64,000 bases of DNA from Antedon mediterranea (lineage: Eukaryota; Animalia; Echinodermata): NCBI RefSeq assembly GCF_964355755.1, contig NC_092676.1:22958871-23022870 (forward strand), in the 5' to 3' direction. Numbering within the stretch: the first letter of the stretch is position 1; the number at the start of each line of letters is the position of its first letter. Below are positions 37,197-51,500 of the stretch, one piece after another. The position numbers were made by a program, and so were the translations under genes. The notes beneath the pieces are model-generated. The model was not told where the DNA came from. It saw only the letters and a program-made list of their open reading frames with translations, and made no database searches.

Positions 37197-39642
37197 TAGT
37201 AATAATTTATGGAATAACAGGAACAGCCATTGAATTACACCAGGATTACATTATACAAATATCAATACAATACTAATTCATAGGAAGGATTGTGGGGTTA
37301 TTCAGGATCAGGCTGATCTCACCACCGTGTTAATCTCAATACTCGATATTCAGAATACAATAGATACACGGATCATTAAGTATATGTATTGACTACACTT
37401 CATTGTAACAGTGCCTTTAGTCATATAGTCATAATAAGCTTGAAGCTCAAATGATCAATATTTTAAGGGGAAAAGGGACGATTTCTATTTCTTTCTGAAA
37501 TAAACGAAATCGATTTTGTACTTTACACCTGAATGTGTTCGTTTCTAAATTGAAAAGAAAAGAAATGAAAAGGAGAAACAGATAACCGCATTTCTAGAAT
37601 TTGATAGCGTACCATCCACTCAAATCTGGATCCTTCCCCCACACATTTAATATAACTTAAACCAGAAATAATTTTGACAATCCTACCTACCGACTGAAAT
37701 TAAATATTTCCTAACAATTGCTTTATGCAAAGCTAGATATAGATCTCATTAATTTTCACAAAACTAAATTTTTTTTCCTGATTTTTTTTCAATTTAAGAC
37801 AGGACCACAATGCAAAACACGTTTTCTTTTACCTGATTGTGTAATCCTGTATACATATATGATATGTTAAATAAATAAATAAAAACAACTATTACTAATC
37901 ACACCTACGTTTTCTTCGTACTATTCAACAATAATTCACATAAATTTATATGTATGTATTCATTTTTACAATATCTACTTAAACTGTGATAGTAAATGAA
38001 AAAATGACCGAATGGATCCAATACAAAAACAAATTACATAATTGAAACACAAAATGGTACTAATGCATGTTCAACAGTCTTCATCTGTAACACATTCTTT
38101 TAACCAAACCTTACACCATAATAATGGTATACACCCTTGTTATAATTCTTTATAATAGTTCGTAGGTTTCGAACGGAATACTTTAATACTTTTGGTATGC
38201 AAAGTAAATACATAAGCCCTCCCTTAATTGTTATGTTTAATCCAACCTCCAACAGGGGTTTTAGGTACAATCAACCTTGCATATCACTGCACGTAGTTTT
38301 TACAAGGACACTGACTATGCGAACTACGAATTTCTGCCTAGACCACATCAATGTCATTTATACCTCAAACGTGTTTCAGAATGTGGACATGTTATTGTCA
38401 ATTAAACTATAATAGTATTATACGCTAAGTCATGTGGTCACATTATTTTAATTTTGCATTACGCATTGTTTTGTTCTCCTAGTTTTCTTATTCTTTTTTA
38501 TTGGCAATCAACAACAACAACAACAAAGCTAATACAAACAACTACAAAGTATGTGGTAGGAAACACAAAGGGGAACTAAATCCCTGAGACTGTGAATCCT
38601 CTTACAAAGTAGCACATAAAGATAAAATATAGCATTTCAATAAATATATCAGAAAATATCCACACAAGAAATATCAAAAAACCATTCATAAAAATACAAA
38701 AACAAGCAGAAAAACACTTTACTCAAAGAAATAACGATAAGGCCCAAAAACGAAAGGGTTTCTCATAGAATAGTAATTCATTCAATCATATATAAATTTA
38801 TTCATCAACATAATTTAACATAACTTGAATAATCAGAACAAGAAAATAAATAAACTTGATATAGGGCCACAAATTAGTTCTGCAATCCTCGTGCAGTAGG
38901 CCTTCAAGAAACAATAAACACACACCTCTACAGTAGTTTCTTGTTTCTACTACAACCTGACCAAACTAAACATTTTCAAATATGTTATGTCAACGCCTTT
39001 CGGCAATGCGAGCCAGGAGATTGGATGAATGGCAGTCCTCTAGCTTCCCAATATTGAAGAATAGTATTTGAACCCTACCCTATAACAAAATGCAAATTTC
39101 GGGTCTTCCTTCAAAACAAATAAAATATGGCAAAAGCAGTACAAATATGAATTATCTAAATAGGTTAATAGTTTTAATTTTCAGAATTGGTGTCACCATG
39201 AGGTTTTGTTACAAATCTGAAGAAAAGGAACAAAGTGAAACAGTGTACAAGAGATTCATTGTTTGCACTTGGAATTATGGTTGACATAAGCAGATTTCCA
39301 GAAAGATAGACCTACAACTTAAAATATATACCTGTGTTATTGTTGGGTTTGCTTTTTAGAGGTTCGACCCAATAAGATTATGGAGATTCGTTTCTAGAAA
39401 ATTCCATTCTTATATTTTAGTACAGGATTAGAGAATGCATACTTTTAGAACCAACGTTTGTGAACAAGAAGTTGAACTTGTGACCTCCGACAATTTCAGA
39501 GTTTGGCTAAAATATCTACTTGATTACTGATACCAAAATCAGTTACCATGTAATGTAACAATTATCACAATGATTTACTGACTGGGTAGACTATACAAAA
39601 CGTAGAATCAGCCAAAGACAACTTACATGCTTTCTCTCGTTA

Positions 39643-39955
39643 GGTTGTTTGGCGCAGTGTGTTGGACATTGGAGTACTGATCGTAAGACTGTGGTTCGAA
39701 TCCAACTCTCGCCGTATTGCTTATATCCTTAGGCAAGATACATTACTTATGTTTGCCTCTCTCCAACCAGGTGTATAAATGGGAACCCGGTTAAATCAAG
39801 ACAAAACTTTGCGCTGATTACTAGCTGCGTTGTGGGAGTATGTTTCCATACGTTTTTCATGCAAAAAATGACCGGGGTAATAATGTTCAGCGCTTAGAGG
39901 TTTAACAACATTAGGCGCTATATAAATCCAGAATATTATTACAGTATTATTATTT
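39643..39955 (+). mobile_element. tRNA-derived SINE with CORE-like central domain and L2-like tail
   Basis: Box A tggcgcagtg, box B ggttcgaatcc, central tccttaggcaag...tgcctctctccaaccaggtgtataaatggg, and 3' agcgcttagag...gcgctatataaat plus an (att)n tail. Confidence 0.85.
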
Positions 39956-40157
39956 AATCACAAGCGATTGGTAATGTTAATTTTTCCTCCATGGTCTTAG
40001 TGGGAACCTAATGATAACTAAGAAGCTTAATGCTGAAGCTGATATATGGCGATTGTTCGAAAGTATATAACTAAGGTCAAAAGTTAAGAGGTCAAATCAG
40101 GTATATGTATCTATACAAATTTTCAATTTGATAATTTGTAAACAATTCTGTATCACG

Positions 40158-40250
40158 TGTTCCCACATGGACGCAACGCAAGTGAGTTGACAAAGAGACA
40201 ATTCGGGTGATACATCGCGTCGAGATTGTGCCCAAGTGGAAACTAAGCTT
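40158..40250. mobile_element. Internally deleted MITE family A copy
   Basis: gttcccac..gacgcaacgcaagtgagttgac ... agtggaaactaagct|tta. Confidence 0.5.
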
Positions 40251-42453
40251 TAGGACCGAACTACAGGCTTTATACTATTGGGTTGATTAAATACACACAA
40301 TGGAAATGGCTCTACGTGTCACAAGTTGGATCTTCCCTTTAATTCATAGAATTAACGAACGCAGGTATCAATAGTTTCGTTCCTAAAATCAAACAAAGGT
40401 ACAAGCCTATACCAGGCTATTATACTAAGCTATTTTAAGAAAACAAAGGGACAGGTCAAATTTGGGTTATTATTTTCAATTCTAGGTGTCATGTAAGCCA
40501 TAGAAGTATTGTAGTGTAGCTACGGATTTAAACAATTAATGGCTATGTTCATTTTTTCACAAACATACATTTTAAACCCAAAAAGCTACCAATCATAAAG
40601 GTGAGTACCGTGTTCTATAAACGTAGGGGAATGAGCTGTTAGGAGCTCACTGTACTAAGCCTCGGCATTATGTGGTAGGGTGGCCAGTTCCTTTCCACGC
40701 CGCTTTTTTTTTTTTTTTTACACCCATTGTGAAAAACAAAATGCAACAATTTACAAAATACATAAAAAAATTACATGATACTGTAGTAATAAATAATAAT
40801 AAAAAAAATCCAAACAACAAAAGTAAAAATGTTTTATACACATTTTCTCAGTTTATTCAGAAACTTTGAGTTGGTATATAGGCCTATACATAGATTTATA
40901 TACCTTATCTTTATATTAAATAATAATGTACAAATTAAGTTAAATCGTTGACCATGCAGTAATTTGTGGAAATGTGTTCTAGGGAATAACGTTTATAAGC
41001 GTTTATCTTACTTATGTTACCTTTGAATTTACATAATTTACTTCATCTAAACATTTTTCTGGGTATTCATGGGAATTAGATATTCTGGTTACACAATAAA
41101 ATAGTATTTATATCAATTATTATTTGACACAGAAATATAGTTGTTTTAGTCAACTTATAACTAAACTAGTTTGATAACACTGAAACTGTTATGCAGCATA
41201 ATTAAAATGATCTAACTTATTTTTAATTTTTGCAAATTTATTTTTACAGCTTCCAATTAAAAACGAACATTGAAAAGATGTTATGACACTGTGCATAGAG
41301 TAAATTGAAATGTATTTTTGTGTTTAAAATTACTCAACAACATACAAAATATTAAATTAAATTTGTTCTTAAAATAAAACGATATTTAAAATTGTCAAAA
41401 CATACTTTTATACAATACTTTTAGTTAAATCTGTTTCGCCATTTTAATTTTACACGACTGTATGTACATAATATGCGACATTAAAAAAAATATCTTCCTT
41501 AGATTTTCTAGCTTTCACCTATTTTGCTCATATTTAGTTTATTAATCAAAACAAATTTGAAAAACGTATGAAAAAGTATGACAGATGAAAAGTTGTCAGA
41601 GTTAATAGTAAATACTGTAGAAATGAAGAATATCTGTAAAATGATATTAATAAGGCACATACATAATGCGGTATGTTTATGACTATTAATCAGTACTGTA
41701 TTGCATTAACCTTTTTCTACAGACATGTCTCGGATCTCCTACATTCGGATATTTCGCTTTTCACAATATCTTGAAAATGAGTAAGAATGACCATAGAGAA
41801 ATATTTTTATTTAGAATGACTTGCCTAAAATGTTTTTCAATGTTAATTTTAAACAAAATTTATAGTATTGTTATTAACAATATAATAGCGCATATATAAA
41901 TTCAGCTTGTATTGTGTTATGGTGAATATATTTCTTTAAAAAATTATTGTAGTTCAAAAATAATCAAAAACCTATGTCAATACTTTTTAGGATCAGAAAA
42001 ACTAAGACCAACAAGGTTTGTCGAAATTTACTAAATGTTATCTGGTTCTAAATCAACGACACAATTTTCTTTGGTTTTGTTTCTTTCATTCCGAGATGCA
42101 TTTAACCTATCTATTTCGAATTCGAATTAATTGTAAATTCTGAATTAGAATCGTGTATTATACTGCACAATTACAAGAACATTTAAAAAAAGACCAGCTC
42201 TTCTTAAATGTTATTTTCTGTTTTTAAAATTACATATAATATTTCGAAAAATCCAATGAGGTATAATAGTGAAGAGTTTAAGGGGACCTCATATTGTTAA
42301 TATTTAAAAAAAAATAATAGTGAGAATACAGAATAAAATATACACCTACTGTAAAACATTTGAACACTTTACCAACGGTGATCATTATTTAAATATTTAC
42401 ACAAAGAGAGCGCCTAAAGACGCAGCACCTAGTTATGAGTACGGTTCAACATA

Positions 42454-42592
42454 TCATAACAGCGATCCAGGCCATGATACGACAGTCAATGTGATTGTTC
42501 GTCCAGGTGCGTGCTTTAGGAATGACACGGCGAGGGAGTGCTTCACACCAACAAGACTCTGATCGTTCACTGATAAAATCATATCACCACAT
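42454..42592 (-). CDS. LNX2: LNX exon 11 (PDZ4 C-half, stop)
   Basis: [45 protein letters not shown]. Confidence 0.92.
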
Positions 42593-45500
42593 CTGAAATT
42601 GTAAATAATAATTTACAGTATAAATATTTATGTAATTTTGAAGTCTGTATCAGGGATCATGTAAACGTTAATCTACTGCAGTTGCTGCAGTAACTACATT
42701 TTGTTTTGATCCAAAGCATTTTGTTAATTCATCAATGATATTGTTTTAATGTAGAAGTTTATGAGACAACAATCCCAATGTGTAGGATTACTCAAAAACA
42801 GGTTAAAGAATTAACAAAATATAGTTTCTGCAGTAACTGCATTAGAATATTTTTGACATTGTCCTTAAAGCTTGGTTCCCACAAGGACATAACGCAATGA
42901 CATAAACGCAATGCAAGCGTGTTAACCAATGACAAACAGTTTGAATAATCTATCGCTTGTGATTGGTCAATTCACGTTGTATTATGTCCTTGTGTTGCGT
43001 CTATAGTGGGAATAGCGGTATACATTAGCAGTTTAACATCCTATAATAGCGGTTTCTGCTGCATCATTCAATTTGCATTATGAGGACACAAAGGTTTTAA
43101 TATTTAGTTCCATTAGAGTGATATTCTATCATAATACATTCTATTATCACCACTACATTTATTATTCAAGTTAACAATTATTGGTTTGAAAACATTTTGT
43201 TGTATTATGGTGAAACTCTATTTACTTTCTGCTACATCTTTCTATTTTTAGTTACAGAAACTTTCTCTACATTAACTTTCTGTACAAGGTCACAACATGG
43301 TTTGTATAAATAAATTGTATAGGAGCCAATTGGAATTTGAGTTTTACCCTATACAGACATTGAAAAGTATTAACCTTAATACCAATACAATATGGGTGTG
43401 AAAGTTATAAAAACATCACAGAATTAGCTAAAGGCATCTTTTGTTTGTTATGCTTCAATGATTTCGTGCTCTAAGCATTATTAGCTCTACCTACACTATC
43501 AAACTAGTTGAAAAAGTGTGCTGTGCCCAAATTTGGTAGTGATATAGTATCCAAATATGGTAGTGATATACCCAAATATGGTAGTGATATGCCAAAATAT
43601 GGTAGTGATGTACCCAAATATGGTTGTGGTAGGACATCATCAAGTCCATATATGGGCACATTACATTTTTTTGTCATAAAGTTTGATAGTGTAGACAGAG
43701 CTTTAGGTTATAAAGTGTCATAGTGATTCTATTAGTTTTAAAATTTGAACTTACTTTAGAGCACCCCCTGTGGCCGCCGCTCCATTCGGAACTAACGTCT
43801 TTACATATACAGGCTGAGTACCATGAGTGCAGTCGCATCCACCCACTATACTGAAACCTAAACTTTTACTCTCCTTTCTCTTAATTAAGATTGTACAAGC
43901 TGCTTGACAATACCTGATTCAAGAAAAAAACGTAAATATTTAAATATTACAGAAAGTAATTTTTTTTTTTCTGAATAAACAAAACAAGAGGGTGCTAATT
44001 CAAAATGTTGTCAAACTGTATCCAAACAATAGAGGGCACTATGAATATATTAATTTAATTAATAATACAATCTGCTTGGCAATAACTGATACTAAAAAAA
44101 AAATGTAAATATTTAAATATTACAGAAAGTAAGAAATAAAAATGTATTTCTTTTTCTGCATAAACAAAACAAGATGGAGCTAATATACTTATTAACCTTA
44201 TACTGTAAACAAAAATAGAGGGCACTATAACTATGTTTGCTTTATATTAGTCACCAACTACAGTAACTATTATGCAGAGGTACTGCTAAAATTCAGAAAG
44301 GTGATCTAACCAGGTTAGGTTTTCTTGTTTTATTTAAAAGTTTTAAACAAAGTAAACACATTTATAAATTACAATATCAATTAAGAATGTATTAAATAGT
44401 GGGTTAAATATTAATTTCTACTCAAATACATACAACACAAGTAATTTGACCAATAACATGGAACTGGTTGCAAGACTGGTTGTACGTATGTTCAAGCATC
44501 AAAAAGCTTGCTAAGGTCACTGAAACTGGAAACTGAAAGGTTAATAATCTAAATTAATAATTAACACTTACTCTGGAAGAGACAGCCAAGTAAGCCACGA
44601 CGGTGAGAATCTAATTGGTGGATTTGGTTCCTGACCTTCGATAATGCTAAGCGTGATCGATGCCCCTTGTGCTGATTTGAGGGCGCTAACAGCTTGTGGA
44701 TGTGTTAGATTTAAAAGACTGGTGTCGTTAACAGCCAATAAAATATCACCTTTCTGAAAAAAATAAAACACAAATATGAATTTTAGTACAAAAGCAATCA
44801 TATATTGTATTCATAATTATGTTTATTTGCATGTTAAATTCAACCAATAAAATTTAATTTTTTGTTTAAATGACAATAAATACTATCATCTTGTAAAAAT
44901 AATAATTTATATGTAAATATAAATATATAATAAAGAATATTAAATGATCTGAAATTGAGTTTTTCAGGTAAATTAGCATACACATCTAAAAGTTCAAGAC
45001 CTGTTTGTGATTCTAAATGTTTTGTGGTGTTACTGTTATTAAATTACTGTAACATTGATAGAATTCAAACAATATAACATTATTTCCATAAATGTTAGTA
45101 GACACACCATAATATTAGAAGGTGAATTTCACAATACCTTGACATGTCCTTTGCGATCTGCTAGGCCGCCTGGTAGTACATTGCTGACAAATATAGGGGT
45201 GTCACCACATTTACCCTTCACACCACCACACACACTGATGCCAAGAAACTCTGATGGAGGCTAAATAAATAAAAAATTAAAGCAGTGAATAAATAATATT
45301 TTATTTTATTAAAAAATGTCATTAAATTATTAAAGCTTTCTTCTTAATTTAATTTCATTCCATTTCATTTATTTCAATATCATTATCGGAGCCTTAGCTG
45401 AATTACAAAGATATTTACATTTTCTCAATATTAAAATTTGTAATTCTAAATTGGTTTAACTAAAAACACAGTTTACGTGGAATAAGCTGTAGTTTAATGA

Positions 45501-48500
45501 CATCATTTTTAGCAACATTGGATATTATGGGGTATCCAATTATTGCTTGCAATATTTATTATATTGTACTTTTATAAAATAAACTTATTGAAGTAAAACA
45601 CTGTTAAAATGTAAAACATTTAATTTAGTAGGTATTACTAAATTTAATGAATAAACATTCAACTATCAAAAGAATAAACAAAATAGTTGAAAAACTTATT
45701 TTAACATAATATATTAATGTATGTTAAAGAGGGGTAAAAAATATTTTTTTAAAGAAAGAAAAGAAAAATGTTGCATTTAATCTTAGGGGCGTCGATGGAG
45801 GGCAAACAATTTGTTTAGATCTATCTCATTATAAAACAGACACACATAAACTGAAGTGGTTACCTTGGATATTGTAATCTGCCTTTCTCTTTTCACTTTC
45901 ACTGCGGATACGTTTCTTAAAGGCACCATAGCGGCAGCTAACTCCTGAGCAACGGACGGCATAATCTCTGGGGTCGCTGACCTTGAAAGTCTTGAGATGA
46001 TTAGCTTAACTGTCTCTTTGGAATGCTAAAAAAAAAGAAAAAAATAAATAAAAGTTACTCAATGAAGCGTAGAAAAGGTATGAATGTTAAAGTTACTTTT
46101 AAAGTTGGTTTTTATCAGAATGCAACATAAGGTAGTGATATGACATCATCATGTCCATATATGGGCACATCACATTTTTTTGACACATAAAGTTTGATAG
46201 TGTAGACAGAGCTTAAGGTTTGTATGTGCAATGCAAAGATACACATATTTTTATATAGCGCATTAAATGTTGTGTTCGGTAATCCTAGGCCATATTCTCT
46301 TCGGGTCGCAGAGAGGTTGACACAAATTCTACTGCACTAACCTTTATAATAGCAGCTGCTTGTTCTGGACTTCCCTCTGTCATGTCTTCTCCATTTATCT
46401 GCAATATCCTGTCATCAATGTGAAGGCGGCCATCTTGAAACGCTATGCTATGGTCAACCAGGTCCAGGATGTAGATACCAGGAGAATGTCTGAAACAAAT
46501 TTAATGTATGTACAGTAGATATAAAACATTGCATTATTTTCTATGATTTTATTTCTATTTTTTTTCAGTCACATTAGTAGTAGCACTTGCTAATACAATT
46601 ATTGGGTGCTAGGTTCAAATTCATTGTAGTACTAGGACTTTTCTCAAAACAGTGCCATCTTATGCTTTGTTCCCACTACAGATAACGCAAGGATGCAAGT
46701 GCTTCGTAAGTGATTTGACCAATTATGATGGATCATCCGAACAGTTACTTGTGATTGGGCTACCCGCTTGCGTTGCATTTACATGCTTGCATTCCGTCTC
46801 TAGTGGGAACCAAGTTTAAGTACTGTAGTCATACAAGATTTAATTTACTGTACAAAGTTTCTATTTGTTTCCCATCCTGTGATGGGTAAGTCATATATTT
46901 TTTCTTGGATTTGCGGTGATATGAATTTTTTTAGCAGCTATTTTGACGCATGTATTCTTTGAAAGTCTGTGACGGGTGTATCATGTTTTAATTTATTTCA
47001 CCTCCTCAACTTGCTTCATTTGCAAAGGTCAATTCTGAGATTTCATGTTTAAAAGATTTTCAACGTAAATAATAAATGTTCTTGATTGATTCAATTTACA
47101 AAATCTTCATAAATAATTCAGTTATGCATTTTAAATCTATCAATATTATTTATCCTGTGTTGTTCTGTAGGCGTAAAACGGATCATGTAGGCGAATGACT
47201 TGATGTAATACAATAATTGAATATGTTGGGTTTTTAAACAGAATATTATTATAACAGATTGCCTATTAAAAGTCATTTTCAAGACTGTGACTACTGTAGG
47301 TAGCTGTAGTGTTTGGAATAAAACTGATTTTTTTCAGTAAACAATTCAAAATGAAAAACTCACTTTTTAGCAATTATTTTAATTCCGAGCTGTTTTCCTT
47401 TCACTTTCCTTAGTGTGACATTTAAAAGGTCAATTTTGTTCCTTTCCTCTGCTTTTTCCCGGTACATAGTTAACCTAATGGGAGAGCTTGCCCTCATCAG
47501 GGCATCTCTTGCTACGTAGTGTGACACATCCCTTAAGTCTTTGCCATTTACCTGCAGATGAAAGAAAAAAAAAAGATATGGATAAAATTTTAAGAATACT
47601 GTACACTATCAAACTTTATGTGACAAAAAAATGTGATGTGCCCAAATATGGTAGTGATACGCTTAAATATGGTATTGATATGCTTAAATATGGTATTGAT
47701 ACGCTTAAATATGGTATTGATATGACATCACATCACATTTTTTTAAAGAATATAATCAGCAAAGCCGTGTACAAATTTATATCCAATACTATGTCATCCA
47801 ATAGTATTTCTTTGGCTATATGAACATTCAAGATTAAGTGCTGCAGAGAGGTAATTGTAAGGAATGATATTGTGCGACCTCCAAAAATGGAAGATGCAAT
47901 TTCAGGCGACACTTTGCAAACTATTTTAGAGGGCACTATTGAAGGCACTAGAGAATGAGGATGGCAAAGAACCAAATGAAATGATGATATAAAAGAGATG
48001 GAACTCAATAACAGCAAAAAAAGCTGAAGATATTTTCGGCGGAGAGAAATTATGGCCACCCTTACTATAAAATCTTATGATACTAATTATGAAAATTATC
48101 GGTAAATTAGTCAAATATTAATGCAAAATGACATACTGCCCTCTATCTTCTAAACGTTTAACTAATTTGCATCAAAAGAAATATCACAACATCTTCGTTA
48201 CATTGTAATTTTTCTGTCTGTATTCTTTTGGTAAAATATAGTAATATTTTACTGTAGAAGTCCCATATGGTTTGAATGTTAATGAATGGATGGATCATCG
48301 ATCATATACGAAGAATTGGGTTAAACATGTTTTTCCATTGCTGGTGTTGATTACATTATAACATTTCTTGATATTCATATCACGTTTATTCCCCATTACG
48401 AGCTGCCTTTATGCTGTTAAAATGTCGTCACAACACGGATTTGTACAATTTACTTATTCCATGAATACCTTAATTCATATTTCTCACCTCGACAATTTGA

Positions 48501-51500
48501 TCGCCTGGCATAAGTCTTCCATCTTTTGCTATTACTCCCTCTGGATAAATTTCTTGCACAATTGTGACAATCTGTAAGAAAAGTTTAGTTCAGTTGAAAT
48601 TTAAAAGAAATTATGCGTTGAAAATGTATAAATTCATCAAAATTATAATACAATATTATAATTGTAGTATTTGCATTCAGTTTAGGTTTGGAAACATATT
48701 AATTATGGCTATTTAATAATGTTCAACTGCTGTACACATATACATCCATTATATAACTGTAGGCCTAATAATTGTCACTTTCAATCAAGGTAGAGTAGAA
48801 CCTTTCCTTTGGGACACCACTTCTTTAGGAGATACTCCTATTAAAGGGGACCTTTTCCTGTACACCAGAAACATAACAACAACAACTATATTTAGGGGAC
48901 ACTCATATGGGATTTTCCACAGAGTACAAATGTCAAAGATGAATCTTATGCATATCATCATATAGACATGTAAACAGATGACTTTATTGTACAAACACCC
49001 CTTGAATAAACAAACCTTTGTTTATCAATCATAAAATGACGATCAAGCCTATTTTATCTACTAAAGTCACTAATTTTATCTCTTGCAAAACCACTATGTT
49101 GTACATTATGATAATGGATTCAAATTTATAATGTGATTTTTACAGTTACAACTGTTTCAAAAGCAAAGAGAGGATGCTCCAAAAGAAAAGTCTGGAAACA
49201 AACAGTTAACAGATAGCAATGATTTGTCAGAGTAGTAAAGGCGACGAGATTGAACATATCGGAGAATAAGTTGGGTGGTATACTAATATTATGGACGTGA
49301 AAAAATAAAGGTTTAAATGTTAAAATAAATTCTATAAACAAAAATAAGATATGAAATCAAATTAATACATTCAAAGTACTTTCTAGACCACCAAGAAACT
49401 AACTGTAGGCAATGGCTGCTACTAATGCAGTAAAACTAAAAGCATTTATTTGTACCCTTAGGCTCTCTTAGATCTGCCAGTTTAGATAATTGTCACTGGT
49501 TGAGTATTACTTCTGTTTTATATTTCACACCGATAATCAGATTTAGACTTTGCTCACTGGATAGTCTAACCAATTTACTGTAGATCTAAATCAGTTAGCT
49601 TGCATTGATAGAGTACTGTACTAGTGAAAATCAATGGAATTAACACGGAACACAATTGTTTTTCAAAAATAATTTTGTAACTTTGCAATTGATATCATTG
49701 TTTCATTATAGTGGAAAATCCAACATTTAAAATATATATGATAGTAAAAAGTATGTAAATTTAATTTGGTTTGGCATGTACTAAAGAGGAGGATGAGCAA
49801 GGATGGGTGGATTAACATCAGTATGCATGTAAAATGTATACTGTATGCTGGCTAAATTCTTAGAATACCACATCCTGATATGTAGATGGGTTTTGATAGA
49901 TACTGGGAAGACATGATGTTATGAAATGTAATGCAGTTATGTCAGCTGGCTGGTAATGTTAGATGGTTATATAATGTTGGTAATGATAATGACATGATGA
50001 TATGGTGTTGATTGTAAACATTGACAAGATAATTAAGAAAATAATGAAGAAGAAGATAATGATGATGACAATGATAACAGATGATCATGGTGATGATGAT
50101 AATGATAACAGATGATGATGATAACAGATGATGATGATGATGACAATGATAACAGATGATGTTGATAACAGATGATGAAGATGATGATGACGATGATAAC
50201 AGATGATGAAGATGATGATGACAATGATAACAGATGATGAAGATGATGATGACAATGATAACAGATGATGATGATAACAGATGATGAAGATGATAACAGA
50301 TGATGAAGATGATGATGACAATGATAACAGATGATGATGATAACAGATGATGATGATGATGACAATGATAACAGATGATGTTGATAACAGATGATGAAGA
50401 TGATGATGACGATGATAACAGATGATGAAGATGATGATAACAATGATAACAGATGATGATGATAACAGATGATGAAGATGATGATAACAATGATAACAGA
50501 TGATGATGATAACAGATGATGAAGATGATGATGACAATGATAACAGATGATGATGATAACAGATGATGAAAATGATGATGACAATGATAACAGATGATGA
50601 AGATGATGATGACAATGATAACAGATGATGATGATAACAGATGATGTTGATAACAGATGATGAAGATGATGACAATGATAACAGATGATGATGATAACAG
50701 ATGATGAAGATGATGATGACGATGATAACAGATGATGAAGATGATGATGACAATGATAACAGATGATGAAGATGATGATAACAATGATAACAGATGATGA
50801 TGATAACAGATGATGAAGATGATGATGACAATGATAACAGATGATGATGATAACAGATGATGAAAATGATGATGACAATGATAACAGATGATGAAGATGA
50901 TGATGACAATGATAACAGATGATGTTGATAACAGATGATGAAAATGATGATAACAATGATAACAGATGACAATGATAACAGATGATGAAGATGATGATAA
51001 CAATGATAACAGATGATGATGATAACAGATGATGAAGATGATGATGACAATGATAACAGATGATGATGATAACAGATGATGAAAATGATGATGACAATGA
51101 TAACAGATGATGAATATGATGATAACAATGATAACAGATGATGATGATAACAGATGATGAAGATGATGATGACAATGATAACAGATGATGAAGATGATGA
51201 TGACAATGATAACAGATGATGAAGATGATGACAATGATAACAGATGATGAAGATGATGATGACAATGATAACAGATGATGTTGATAACAGATGATGAAGA
51301 TGATGACAATGATAACAGATGATGAAGATGATGATGACAATGATAACAGATGATGAAGATGATGATGACAATGATAACAGATGATGTTGATAACAGATGA
51401 TGAAGATGATGATGACAATGATAACAGATGATGTTGATAACAGATGATGAAGATGATGATGACAATGATAACAGATGATGAAGATGATGATGACAATGAT

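Noticed and set aside
39643-39715. tRNA gene
   Set aside because: It has A and B boxes but no convincing cloverleaf, and it continues into a SINE body and tail.
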